Shown here: positions 1-7,792 of the stretch, piece after piece
Position numbering within the stretch: the stretch's first letter is position 1
Layout: each line of letters opens with the position of its first letter
From: Chthoniobacteraceae bacterium
GTDB lineage: Bacteria > Verrucomicrobiota > Verrucomicrobiia > Chthoniobacterales > Chthoniobacteraceae
Assembly (NCBI GenBank): GCA_040081625.1
Contig: JBEBGD010000150.1
Coordinates: 1-10,427 of the forward strand
Length of the DNA stretch: 10,427 nucleotides
Reading direction: 5' to 3'
Position numbers and translations under genes: made by a program
Notes under the pieces: generated by a model
The model's input: only the letters and a program-made list of their open reading frames with translations
Told to the model about the DNA's origin: nothing
Databases searched by the model: none

Positions 1-2
1 CC

Positions 3-506
3 GGCAGGGAGCTGTGGCGCTTCGAGGAGCGCGAGGCGCACAGCGCCGCGGGGCGGCCCGTGGTTGGCGGCGGCATCGTTTACATTCCCGCGGGCTTCGG
101 CAAGGCGGGCCTGCTCGCGATCAAGCTCGGCGGCAGCGGCGTGCTCGCCGAAACCGATCTCGCGTGGCGCTACAAAAAAGGCACGCCGCAAAAGCCCAGC
201 GTGACGCTCGTGGGCGACTCGCTGTTTTTCGTAAACGACGCCGGCATCGCCAACTGCCTCGACGCGAAAACCGGCGAAGTCGTGTGGACCGAGCGCGTCG
301 GCGGGAACTTCTCGGCCAGCCCGCTGTTTGCCGACGGGAAATTCTGGGCGTGCAACGAGGAGGGCAAAGTCGTCGTCTTCGCCGCGTCGCGGAAGTTCGA
401 GAAGCTCGCCGAGAACACGCTCGCCGACGGCTTCATGGCCAGCCCGGCGGTGAGCGATGGCGCGCTCTACCTGCGCTCGAAGACCTCGCTGTATCGGCTC
501 GAATAG
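3..506 (+). CDS. PQQ-binding-like beta-propeller repeat protein (BamB-like), 5' truncated by window edge
   Basis: The frame of ORF 60..506 stays open back to position 3 (GRELWRFEE...). Repeats of the 'CLDAKTGEVVW', 'FSASPLFADGK' and 'FMASPAVSDGALYLRSKTSLYRLE' type are typical of PQQ-like propeller C-termini. Stop TAG at 504-506. Confidence 0.85.
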   Translation, partial: GRELWRFEEREAHSAAGRPVVGGGIVYIPAGFGKAGLLAIKLGGSGVLAETDLAWRYKKGTPQKPSVTLVGDSLFFVNDAGIANCLDAKTGEVVWTERVGGNFSASPLFADGKFWACNEEGKVVVFAASRKFEKLAENTLADGFMASPAVSDGALYLRSKTSLYRLE

Positions 507-512
507 CGCGGC

Positions 513-2996
513 TCAGTTCCAGACGAAATGCTCGACGCGCAGTTGCTTCGCGCGCGTCTGCGCCTCGGCGGCGCGCGGGCCTTCGATCTTTGCGATCTTC
601 TCGTAGATGGCGATGGCGCTCGGCCACGTGGACTGCTGCTCGTATCGGCGCGCAGCCTCGAAGCCCGCCTTGTAAAACCAGAAGAACTCGCGCTCGACGG
701 CGACGAGATTGCGGTCGAGCACGTCGTTGAACACGGCGATCGCCTCCGCTTTGCGGCCGACCTGGTCGAGCGCGCGGCCCTTTTTGTAGAGGGCCTGGAA
801 ACGCCACGCGACACTCGCCGTGTCGTCCGCGCCGAGCTGGCCGAACACCGCGATGGCTTCCTCGATTTGCCGCGACTCCTTGCGGCTCAGGATGTCCCCC
901 TTGCCGATGAGCGCCGCGGAGCGCAGGTCCGCATCGGCGGGTGGTTTCGCCGCGAGGATCAAGTCGTAAAGCGCGACCGCCTCCGCGTCCTTGCCGAGTC
1001 GGCTCTGGACGATGGCCTGCTGCTCGCGCGCGTGCAGTTTCAGCGCGCCATTGCGCTTCGCGACTTCGTCGAAATATCCCAGCGCGCGCTCGGTCGAGCC
1101 GGTGTTGATCGTGCGCATCGCCGACTGTCCGGCGAGGAAGAGTGCCGTCTCCGCATGTGCGCTCTGCGGCGTTTCCTGCGCGAGCGTGGCAAATTGCGTC
1201 TCCGCGTTCGGGTAATCGGTCTGGCGGAAAAAAACCTCGCCCAGTTTCATGCGCACTTCCGGCACGAGCGCGGACGCGGGCCGCGCGCGCAGGAAATCTT
1301 TCGCGAGCCGGATCACCTCGGCGTCGTCGCGCGGTTTCTTCGCGTCGGCGAGGAAGATCGCGAGATACGCAGTCCGGTCGTCCACCTCGGCCGGTCGCGG
1401 CTTTTCATTCGCGACGCGTAACAATCGGGCGGTTTCATCGAGCCGATCGGCGGTGAATGCGATCTCGGCGTCCGCGAGCCGCGCCTCCGCCACGCGGGGG
1501 TGCGAGGGAAATTGATCGACGAACCGGCGAAGCGTCTCGCGCGCGGCAGGATCGCGAAGGCGCGCGCGGACCAGTCCCTCCTCGAGGATCAAGTTCCCGC
1601 GCAATTCTCCGCTGGCGGCCCGCTCGCCCAGCCGCCGATAGGCGTCGAAAAAGCGCTCGTAGTTCGCCTGGTTCAACCACGCGAGCGCGGCATCATAGAG
1701 CGCCACCCGACCCGCCGGCCCCGGGCGTTGCGCGGCCTGCTCGAGGCTCGTCGCGGCGAGCACGAACTCGCGCTGCCGGAACTGCACGAGCCCCGTGCGC
1801 AATTCCACTTCCGCGCGCAGCGCTTCGTCGCGACCCGCGATTCGCGCCGCCGCCTCGAGTGCGCGCACGGCGGACTCGAAGTCGTCGCGCTCAATGAAAA
1901 CGTCCGCCCGCAGGAGCTGCGCGAACGGCGCGAAGGAGTGAGTGCCGAAGCTTCCCAAAAAAGTATCCAGCGACTTGAGCGCCTTGTCCCATTTTCGCTC
2001 ACGGACCTGCAGCTTGCCGACGTAGAACTGCGCGAGCGCGGCGCGGCGTCGCTGCGGTTTGATCGCCCATTTCTGAAGCTCACCTTCCTGCGGGTTGCGT
2101 TCGACGGCGTAGATCTGGTCGAGCCGGCGGAAGACCAGCTCGAGCCACGCACTGTCGGGATACCTCCAGATGAAAGTCTCCAGCTCCTTGTCGGCGGCTT
2201 CATTGCCTTGCAGCGCGATCTTCGCCTCGACGGCGCCGAGCGTCGCGGCGACGAAGAGGTTTTCGCTCATGTGCTCCTGCGTCGCGAGGATGTCCGCGAA
2301 AACGCCGCGCGCGTCGGCGCTCTGGTTTTCGAGCAGCAAGAGCCGGCCTTCGATGTAGCGCGCCCACAGCCGATCGTCGGGTGTGGCGAGCTTGATCGCC
2401 GCCAGCGCATCCCGCGCGCGTGTCCCCAGCCCGGCTTCAACCTGGAGTCCCGCCAGTCGCAGTCGCACGGCCACCGGCGCACCGTCTGCGCGTGCGAGCG
2501 GTTCGAGCACGGCGATCGCCGCGGCGGTGTCGCCGAGCGCCTGGCAGGATTCGGCGACGCCGAGCTTCGCGGAAAGCGGCGCGTCGGCCTCGCCGGCGAT
2601 TCGGGTGTAAGCAGTGCGGGCCTCGGACCAGCGACCGGCGCGGGCGAATGCGTGAGCTTGCAGCAAGGCGGCGCGCGGGTCGGTCTTTGCGATGGGCGCG
2701 AGCGCGTTGAGCGCGGCGACTGGCTGGCCGGCGGCGAGATGCGCTTCGGCGCGGAGGCAGACGATGTCGGGGCTGGCGGGGGTGGCGGCGAGTTTTTGGA
2801 GCGCGATTTGGGGGAGGTTTTCGGCGAGGGCGGCGCGGGCTTCAGCGAGCAGGGCGTTGTCCGCGGCGGCGGTGCCTGCGGCGCTGAACGCCAAACTCCA
2901 AACTCCAAACGCCAAACGCCAAATGAACGTGGCAGCGGATCGCCCGGGCCGTTTGGAGTTCGGCGTTTGGAGTTTGGCGTTTGGAGTTTGTTTCAT
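513..2996 (-). CDS. Large secreted tetratricopeptide-repeat protein (BamD/CpoB-like helical repeats), 827 aa
   Basis: Many TPR-like units (e.g. 'VRMKLGEVFFRQTDYPNAETQFATL', 'ALYKKGRALDQVGRKAEAIAVFNDVL', 'FVDQFPSHPRVAEARL'). Start placed at ATG 2996, which overlaps the uvrA stop (ATGA) and is followed by a signal-peptide-like N-terminus ending TAAA-DN. The 3131 start in the ORF track lies inside uvrA. Confidence 0.85.
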   Translation of the reverse strand: MKQTPNAKLQTPNSKRPGRSAATFIWRLAFGVWSLAFSAAGTAAADNALLAEARAALAENLPQIALQKLAATPASPDIVCLRAEAHLAAGQPVAALNALAPIAKTDPRAALLQAHAFARAGRWSEARTAYTRIAGEADAPLSAKLGVAESCQALGDTAAAIAVLEPLARADGAPVAVRLRLAGLQVEAGLGTRARDALAAIKLATPDDRLWARYIEGRLLLLENQSADARGVFADILATQEHMSENLFVAATLGAVEAKIALQGNEAADKELETFIWRYPDSAWLELVFRRLDQIYAVERNPQEGELQKWAIKPQRRRAALAQFYVGKLQVRERKWDKALKSLDTFLGSFGTHSFAPFAQLLRADVFIERDDFESAVRALEAAARIAGRDEALRAEVELRTGLVQFRQREFVLAATSLEQAAQRPGPAGRVALYDAALAWLNQANYERFFDAYRRLGERAASGELRGNLILEEGLVRARLRDPAARETLRRFVDQFPSHPRVAEARLADAEIAFTADRLDETARLLRVANEKPRPAEVDDRTAYLAIFLADAKKPRDDAEVIRLAKDFLRARPASALVPEVRMKLGEVFFRQTDYPNAETQFATLAQETPQSAHAETALFLAGQSAMRTINTGSTERALGYFDEVAKRNGALKLHAREQQAIVQSRLGKDAEAVALYDLILAAKPPADADLRSAALIGKGDILSRKESRQIEEAIAVFGQLGADDTASVAWRFQALYKKGRALDQVGRKAEAIAVFNDVLDRNLVAVEREFFWFYKAGFEAARRYEQQSTWPSAIAIYEKIAKIEGPRAAEAQTRAKQLRVEHFVWN
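2886..2990. repeat. Inverted pair of heptamer tandem arrays, AAAC(T/G)CC x5 ... GG(A/C)GTTT x5-6
   Basis: Left arm 2886-2923: GAACGCC AAACTCC AAACTCC AAACGCC AAACGCC AAA. Right arm 2948-2989: GCCGTTT GGAGTTC GGCGTTT GGAGTTT GGCGTTT GGAGTTT. The units of the two arms are reverse complements, separated by a ~24-28 nt spacer. Confidence 0.95.
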
Positions 2997-5893
2997 CCCA
3001 GCATCCTCCGCAGATAACTCCCCGTGTAGCTCCCCTCGACTCGCGCCACGTCCTCCGGCGTTCCTTTCGCCACGATGCGTCCACCGCCGCCACCGCCCTC
3101 GGGGCCGAGATCGATCAACCAGTCGGCGCATTTTATGACCTCGAGGTTGTGTTCGATGATGATGAGTGTGTTGCCGGCGTCGCGGAGTTTCATCAGCACT
3201 TCGAGCAGCGTGTGAATGTCGGCAAAGTGCAGGCCGGTGGTCGGTTCGTCGAGGATATAGACCGTGCGGCCGGTGGCGCGCTTGGAGAGCTCGGCGGCGA
3301 GTTTGATGCGCTGCGCTTCGCCGCCGCTGAGCGTGGTGCCGTTCTGGCCGAGGCGGACGTAGCCGAGGCCCACGTCCAGCAACGCGGCGAGCTTGTCCCA
3401 GATCTGCGGCACGTTGCGGAAGAAGCGCGCGGCTTCATCGACGCTCATGTCGAGGATGTCGGCGATGTTCTTGCCCTTGTAGGTGATTTCGAGCGTCTCG
3501 CGGTTGTAGCGCCGGCCGCGGCAGATCTCGCACTCGACATACACGTCGGCGAGGAAGTGCATCTCGATCGTCTTCACGCCGTCGCCCTCGCACGCCTCGC
3601 AGCGGCCGCCTTTCACGTTGAAGCTGAAGCGCCCCGCCTCGTAGCCGCGGATGCGCGAGGCGGGCAGGCCCGCGTAGAGATCGCGCACGGGGCCAAACGC
3701 GCCGGTGAAGGTCGCGGGATTCGAGCGCGGCGTGCGGCCGATCGGCGTCTGGTCGATGACGATGACTTTGTCGATCTGGTCGAGCCCGAGGATGCGCTCG
3801 TGTTTTCCGGGGCGGTCTTTCGAGCGGTAGAAGTGGCGGAAGAGCGCGCGGCGCAGGATGTCATCGACGAGCGTCGATTTCCCGCTGCCGCTGACGCCGG
3901 CGACGCACGTGAGGCAGCCGAGCGGGAAGCTGACGGTGAGGTCGCGCAGGTTGTTTTCCGCGGCGCCGACGAGCGTGAGCCAGCCGTCCTGGTGTGCGGT
4001 TTCGGGTTTCGGGTTTCGGGTTTCGGGGGCGACGTATTGCGGCTGCCTGCGCGTCTTCGGGACGGGGATCTTTGTGCGGCCGGCGAGATACTGGCCGGTG
4101 AGGGAAGTCTCGTGGGCGATGATGTCCGCGGGCGTGCCTTGCGCGACGATGTGCCCGCCGCGCACGCCGGCGCCGGGGCCGAGGTCGAGCACGTGATCGG
4201 CGGCGCGGATGGTGTCCTCGTCGTGCTCGACCACGACGACCGAGTTCCCGAGGTCACGCAGGCGGCGGAGCGTGCCGATGAGCCGGTCGTTGTCGCGCTG
4301 GTGGAGGCCGATGCTCGGTTCGTCGAGCACGTAGAGGCAGCCCGCGAGGCCTGAGCCGATCTGCGTCGCGAGCCGGATGCGCTGCGCTTCGCCGCCGCTG
4401 AGCGTGCCGCTCTCGCGATTGAGCATGAGGTAGCCGAGTCCGACTTCGCAGAGGAAGTTGAGTCGGTTGCAGATCTCGCGGCGCACTTCGCAGGTGATGA
4501 TCTGCTGCTGCTCGGTGAGCGTGAGCTTCTCCATGAACTCGCGCGCCTCGCTGATCGGCATCCGGCAGAAATCGGTGATGCTCGTGCCCTGGATGGTGAC
4601 GGCGAGGATCGCCGGCTTGAGCCGCGCGCCTTCGCACACCGAGCACATGCGCCGGCTCATGTATTGGCGGATGCGCTGGCGGCTCAGCTCGCTGTCGGTC
4701 GTCTCGTAGAGGTGCTGGAGCGCGGCGATGACGCCCTCGAAGGGCTTGGTCGTCGTGGTGCGCCTGGAGTCTTCGCCCCACGTCATCTCGATCTCGCGCT
4801 CGCCGGTGCCGAAGATCGCGGCGTCGCGAAACTTCTCCGGCAATTCCTGCCACGGCTTGTTTTTGTCGGCCTTGAATGCGCGGCAGAGCGACTCGAGGAT
4901 GCCGACGTAGTATTGCTGCATCCGCTTGGCCGCCTTCGCCCACGGCACGATCGCGCCGTCCGCGAGCACGCGCTCCTTGTCGGGCACGACGAGGTCGGGG
5001 TCGATGAAGGATTCGGTGCCGAGCCCCTGGCACGCGGGGCAGGCGCCAAAGTGCGAGTTGAAGGAGAAGTGTTTCGGCGTGAGCTGCGGCAGCGTGAAGC
5101 CGGTGTCGGGATTCGCGAAGTCGGTCGAGAGTTTGCGCTCCTCCCACTGCTCGGGCTCGATGCCATCGACGCGGCACAGCACCGCGAGCTTCCCGCCGCC
5201 CCAGCGCAGCGCGGTGTCCACGGAGTCGGCGAGGCGCGGGCGCAGGCCGTCCTTGATCACGAGCCGGTCCACGACCGCCTCGATGCGATGCGCTTCGCCG
5301 CGCTGGAGCTTCACCGGCTGCGGCCCGGCCAGCTCGACGATCTCGCCGTCGAGCCGCGCGCGGACGAAGCCCTCGCGCTTGAGCTTCTCGATCACGTCGC
5401 GAAACTCGCCCACTTCGCTCTGCACGATCGGCGCGAGCAGCACGACTCGCGAGTCCTCCGGCAGCGCGAGGATGCGGTCCACGATATCTTGCGCGGTCAG
5501 CTTGAAGACCGGCTCGCCGGTGGCGGGGTCGTGCGGCTGGCCGATGCTCGCGTAGAGCAGTCGCAGGTAATCGTAGAGCTCGGTCGTGGTGGCGATGGTC
5601 GAGCGCGGGTTGCCGCCGGAGCTGCGCTGCTCGATGGCGATGGCCGGCGAGAGGCCCTCGATGAAATCGACGTCCGGCTTCTGCATCTGGTCGAGAAACT
5701 GCCGTGCATACGCGCTCAGGCTCTCTACGTAGCGCCGCTGGCCCTCGGCATAGAGCGTATCGAAGGCGAGCGACGATTTTCCTGACCCACTGAGCCCCGT
5801 AATCACGACCAGATTCTCCCGGGGAATCTCGAGGGTGAGATTCTTCAGGTTGTGAGTTCTGGCCCCGGTGATTTTGATGACTGCGGCTGGCAT
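2993..5893 (-). CDS. uvrA: Excinuclease ABC subunit UvrA, 966 aa
   Basis: N-terminal '[13 protein letters not shown]', two Walker A motifs ([18 protein letters not shown]), '[19 protein letters not shown]', two '[10 protein letters not shown]' signatures, two Walker B 'LDEP' motifs, 'FSFN' motifs with CxxC pairs, and '[11 protein letters not shown]'. Confidence 0.99.
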   Translation of the reverse strand: MPAAVIKITGARTHNLKNLTLEIPRENLVVITGLSGSGKSSLAFDTLYAEGQRRYVESLSAYARQFLDQMQKPDVDFIEGLSPAIAIEQRSSGGNPRSTIATTTELYDYLRLLYASIGQPHDPATGEPVFKLTAQDIVDRILALPEDSRVVLLAPIVQSEVGEFRDVIEKLKREGFVRARLDGEIVELAGPQPVKLQRGEAHRIEAVVDRLVIKDGLRPRLADSVDTALRWGGGKLAVLCRVDGIEPEQWEERKLSTDFANPDTGFTLPQLTPKHFSFNSHFGACPACQGLGTESFIDPDLVVPDKERVLADGAIVPWAKAAKRMQQYYVGILESLCRAFKADKNKPWQELPEKFRDAAIFGTGEREIEMTWGEDSRRTTTTKPFEGVIAALQHLYETTDSELSRQRIRQYMSRRMCSVCEGARLKPAILAVTIQGTSITDFCRMPISEAREFMEKLTLTEQQQIITCEVRREICNRLNFLCEVGLGYLMLNRESGTLSGGEAQRIRLATQIGSGLAGCLYVLDEPSIGLHQRDNDRLIGTLRRLRDLGNSVVVVEHDEDTIRAADHVLDLGPGAGVRGGHIVAQGTPADIIAHETSLTGQYLAGRTKIPVPKTRRQPQYVAPETRNPKPETAHQDGWLTLVGAAENNLRDLTVSFPLGCLTCVAGVSGSGKSTLVDDILRRALFRHFYRSKDRPGKHERILGLDQIDKVIVIDQTPIGRTPRSNPATFTGAFGPVRDLYAGLPASRIRGYEAGRFSFNVKGGRCEACEGDGVKTIEMHFLADVYVECEICRGRRYNRETLEITYKGKNIADILDMSVDEAARFFRNVPQIWDKLAALLDVGLGYVRLGQNGTTLSGGEAQRIKLAAELSKRATGRTVYILDEPTTGLHFADIHTLLEVLMKLRDAGNTLIIIEHNLEVIKCADWLIDLGPEGGGGGGRIVAKGTPEDVARVEGSYTGSYLRRMLG
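3997..4027. repeat. Heptamer tandem repeat (GGGTTTC) x ~4.4 within uvrA
   Basis: CGGTTTC GGGTTTC GGGTTTC GGGTTTC GGG. It encodes [10 protein letters not shown] on the minus strand, between the two ABC ATPase halves. Confidence 0.9.
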
Positions 5894-5978
5894 CTTTCCT
5901 GCACTTGTCGAAACCGCTAATCAGAGCAAACCCCGAGGCTTAACGCCAAGGGAACTTTCAAAATCACCACCAAATCCA

Positions 5979-6248
5979 ATGCCTGACCCCATCTCTTCCG
6001 TTAGTCGCGAGGACCTCCAGGAACTCAATGATTACTTCCGGGAGATCAAACACGACATCAACAATACGTTCGCGGTCGTCATGGCGCTCGCCGAGTTGGC
6101 ACAGCGAAACCCGGCGCACTACGAGAAGTTGACCAAGGAATTGCTCCGGCGCGGGCCCGAAGTGGTGCAGGCGATCCAGGAGTTTCACTCGAAGCTCACC
6201 GCGAAACTCAAGGAGAGCGAAGCCGCGCAGACTGCGGCGGCTGCGTAA
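5979..6248 (+). CDS. Small helical protein with HisKA-like H-box (putative stand-alone DHp/phosphoacceptor domain), 89 aa
   Basis: ATG 5979, stop TAA 6246-6248, GC3-rich codons. 'FREIKHDINNTFAVVMALAELA' resembles the kinase H-box pattern (HD/ExxN), with the His codon at 6051-6053, followed by a second amphipathic helix. No ATPase domain is present. Confidence 0.7.
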   Translation: MPDPISSVSREDLQELNDYFREIKHDINNTFAVVMALAELAQRNPAHYEKLTKELLRRGPEVVQAIQEFHSKLTAKLKESEAAQTAAAA

Positions 6249-6350
6249 GACAGAACGGACGGCGGTGTGCGGCGCGCGCCCGCATGTGGAATTCGGCGCG
6301 CAACCTTTCGGCGGGTCGGCGGTTTCAACGCGCAGATCATTCCCGCGACC

Positions 6351-7742
6351 ATGAACAACGCCGACAACTCCTGTGGACACATCACGCCGCTGCTAAACCG
6401 CCGCGACGTGCTTAAAAACATCGCCTGCGGTTTCGGTTACCTCGCCTTTGCCGGCATGGCGCAGCGGACGCTCGGCGTGGCGGCGAACCCGCTCTCGCCG
6501 AAGGCGCCGCACTTCGCGCCCCGGGCCAGGCGCGTGATTTTCCTGTGCATGCGCGGCGGGCCGTCGCACGTCGATACCTTCGACTACAAGCCGAAGCTCA
6601 CCGCCGACACCGACAAGCCCGGCAAGCGGCCCGGCACGAAGCTGCTCGGGTCGAAGTGGAAGTTCGAGCAGCGCGGGCGCAGCGGGCTGTGGATCTCGGA
6701 GCTTTTCCCGGAAGTCGCGAAACACGCCGACGAGATGTCGCTCATCCGCTCGATGCAGACGGACCTTCCGGCGCATCCGCAGGCTTTCGTGAAGATGCAC
6801 ACCGGCAACTCGCAATTCGTCCGCCCGTCGCTCGGTGCGTGGACGCTCTACGGGCTCGGCTCGATGAATGAGAACCTGCCGGGCTTCATCACCATCTCGC
6901 CGTCGAGCCAGGTCGGCGGGGCGCAGAACTACGGCAGCGCCTTTCTCCCCGCGATTTATCAAGGCACGAAGATCGGCGCGGAAGGCCCGCGATTCGGCGA
7001 CAGCGAAGTGCGCAACCTCGAGACTTCCCTCAGCCCCGGTGCGCAGAGGACGGAGCTCGAACTCATCCAGGCGCTCAACCGCGAGAAGCTCGCGCGCGAT
7101 CGCGTGAACCCGGATGTCGAGGGCGTGATCGAGTCGTTCGAGCTCGCCTTCAAAATGCAAACGCAGATGCCCGCGGTGATGGATATCAGCAAGGAAACCG
7201 AGGCGACCAAAAAGCTCTACGGCATCGGCGGCGGCGCAACCGACGACATGGGCCGCAAATGCTTACTCGCGCGGAAATTTGCGGAGGCCGGCGTGCGCTT
7301 CATAGAAGTCACGCACGGCAACTGGGATCATCATTTCGGCATGCAAGCCGCGCTCTCGCGAAGCTGCGAGTCCGTGGACACGCCGATCGCCGGCCTGCTC
7401 ACCGACCTCAAGCAGCGTGGTCTGCTCAAGGACACGCTCGTCATCTGGTCGGGCGAGTTCGGCCGCACGCCGCACGCGCAGGGCGGCGACGGACGCGATC
7501 ACAACAACAAGGCGTTCAGCCTCTGGATGGCCGGCGGCGGCGTAAAGGGCGGCTTCAGCTACGGCGAGAGCGACGAATACGGCTACGAAGCCGTCGAGGG
7601 CAAAGTGCCGATCCACGATCTGCACGCGACGATCCTCGCGCTGCTTGGCCTCGACCACGAGAAGCTCACCTTCCGCTATGCCGGACGCGATTTCCGGCTC
7701 ACGGATGTCGAGGGGAACGTGGTCAAGGCGATCATGGCGTGA
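6351..7742 (+). CDS. DUF1501 domain protein (sulfatase/alkaline-phosphatase-like fold) with Tat signal, 463 aa
   Basis: Twin-arginine motif 'NRRDVLK'. Family motifs 'PHFAPRARRVIFLCMRGGPSHVDTFDYKP', 'RPSLGAWTLYGLG', 'WDHH', 'GEFGRTP', 'GRDH', 'DLHATILALLGLDHEKLT' and 'FRLTDVEG'. Start ATG 6351 preferred over GTG 6267. Confidence 0.92.
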   Translation: MNNADNSCGHITPLLNRRDVLKNIACGFGYLAFAGMAQRTLGVAANPLSPKAPHFAPRARRVIFLCMRGGPSHVDTFDYKPKLTADTDKPGKRPGTKLLGSKWKFEQRGRSGLWISELFPEVAKHADEMSLIRSMQTDLPAHPQAFVKMHTGNSQFVRPSLGAWTLYGLGSMNENLPGFITISPSSQVGGAQNYGSAFLPAIYQGTKIGAEGPRFGDSEVRNLETSLSPGAQRTELELIQALNREKLARDRVNPDVEGVIESFELAFKMQTQMPAVMDISKETEATKKLYGIGGGATDDMGRKCLLARKFAEAGVRFIEVTHGNWDHHFGMQAALSRSCESVDTPIAGLLTDLKQRGLLKDTLVIWSGEFGRTPHAQGGDGRDHNNKAFSLWMAGGGVKGGFSYGESDEYGYEAVEGKVPIHDLHATILALLGLDHEKLTFRYAGRDFRLTDVEGNVVKAIMA

Positions 7743-7745
7743 TTG

Positions 7746-7783
7746 TGCGGCGTGCGCTCCCATGAGCGCGCGGTCGCCCCGCA
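7746..7783. terminator. GC-rich hairpin between convergent genes (possible terminator or RNA-stabilising stem)
   Basis: CGTGCGCTC (7751-7759) pairs with GAGCGCGCG (7764-7772) around a CCAT loop with one G-U pair, plus outer TGCGG/CCGCA. There is no U-tract, so intrinsic termination is uncertain. Confidence 0.35.
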
Positions 7784-7792
7784 GATCCGACG

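Noticed and set aside
2886..2990. CRISPR array interpretation of the repeats
   Set aside because: Units are 7 bp and contiguous with no unique spacers, and there are no cas genes in the window.
2997..3131. 45-codon N-terminal extension of the TPR ORF given in the ORF track
   Set aside because: It overlaps the conserved uvrA C-terminus in another frame. ATG 2996 gives an ATGA coupling and exposes a signal peptide.
3305..4406. Perfect 31-bp direct repeat GATGCGCTGCGCTTCGCCGCCGCTGAGCGTG at 3305-3335 and 4376-4406
   Set aside because: Both copies encode the [13 protein letters not shown] signature of UvrA's two ATPase domains. Protein conservation plus strong codon bias explains it; it is not a mobile-element end or CRISPR repeat.
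528..5785. Long + strand ORFs (528..1421, 1500..3017, 2981..4354, 4664..5785)
   Set aside because: These are antisense shadows of the TPR and uvrA genes, expected in high-GC DNA, with no recognisable motifs.
5894..5978. LexA/SOS box upstream of uvrA
   Set aside because: I see no CTGT-N8-ACAG, GAAC-N4-GTTC or TGTTC-N4-GAACA type palindrome in the intergenic region.
5951..5979. Sigma-E-like GGAACTT-N17-TCCAA upstream of the small HisKA-like gene
   Set aside because: The putative -10 element overlaps the ATG at 5979, which would put the transcription start inside the CDS.
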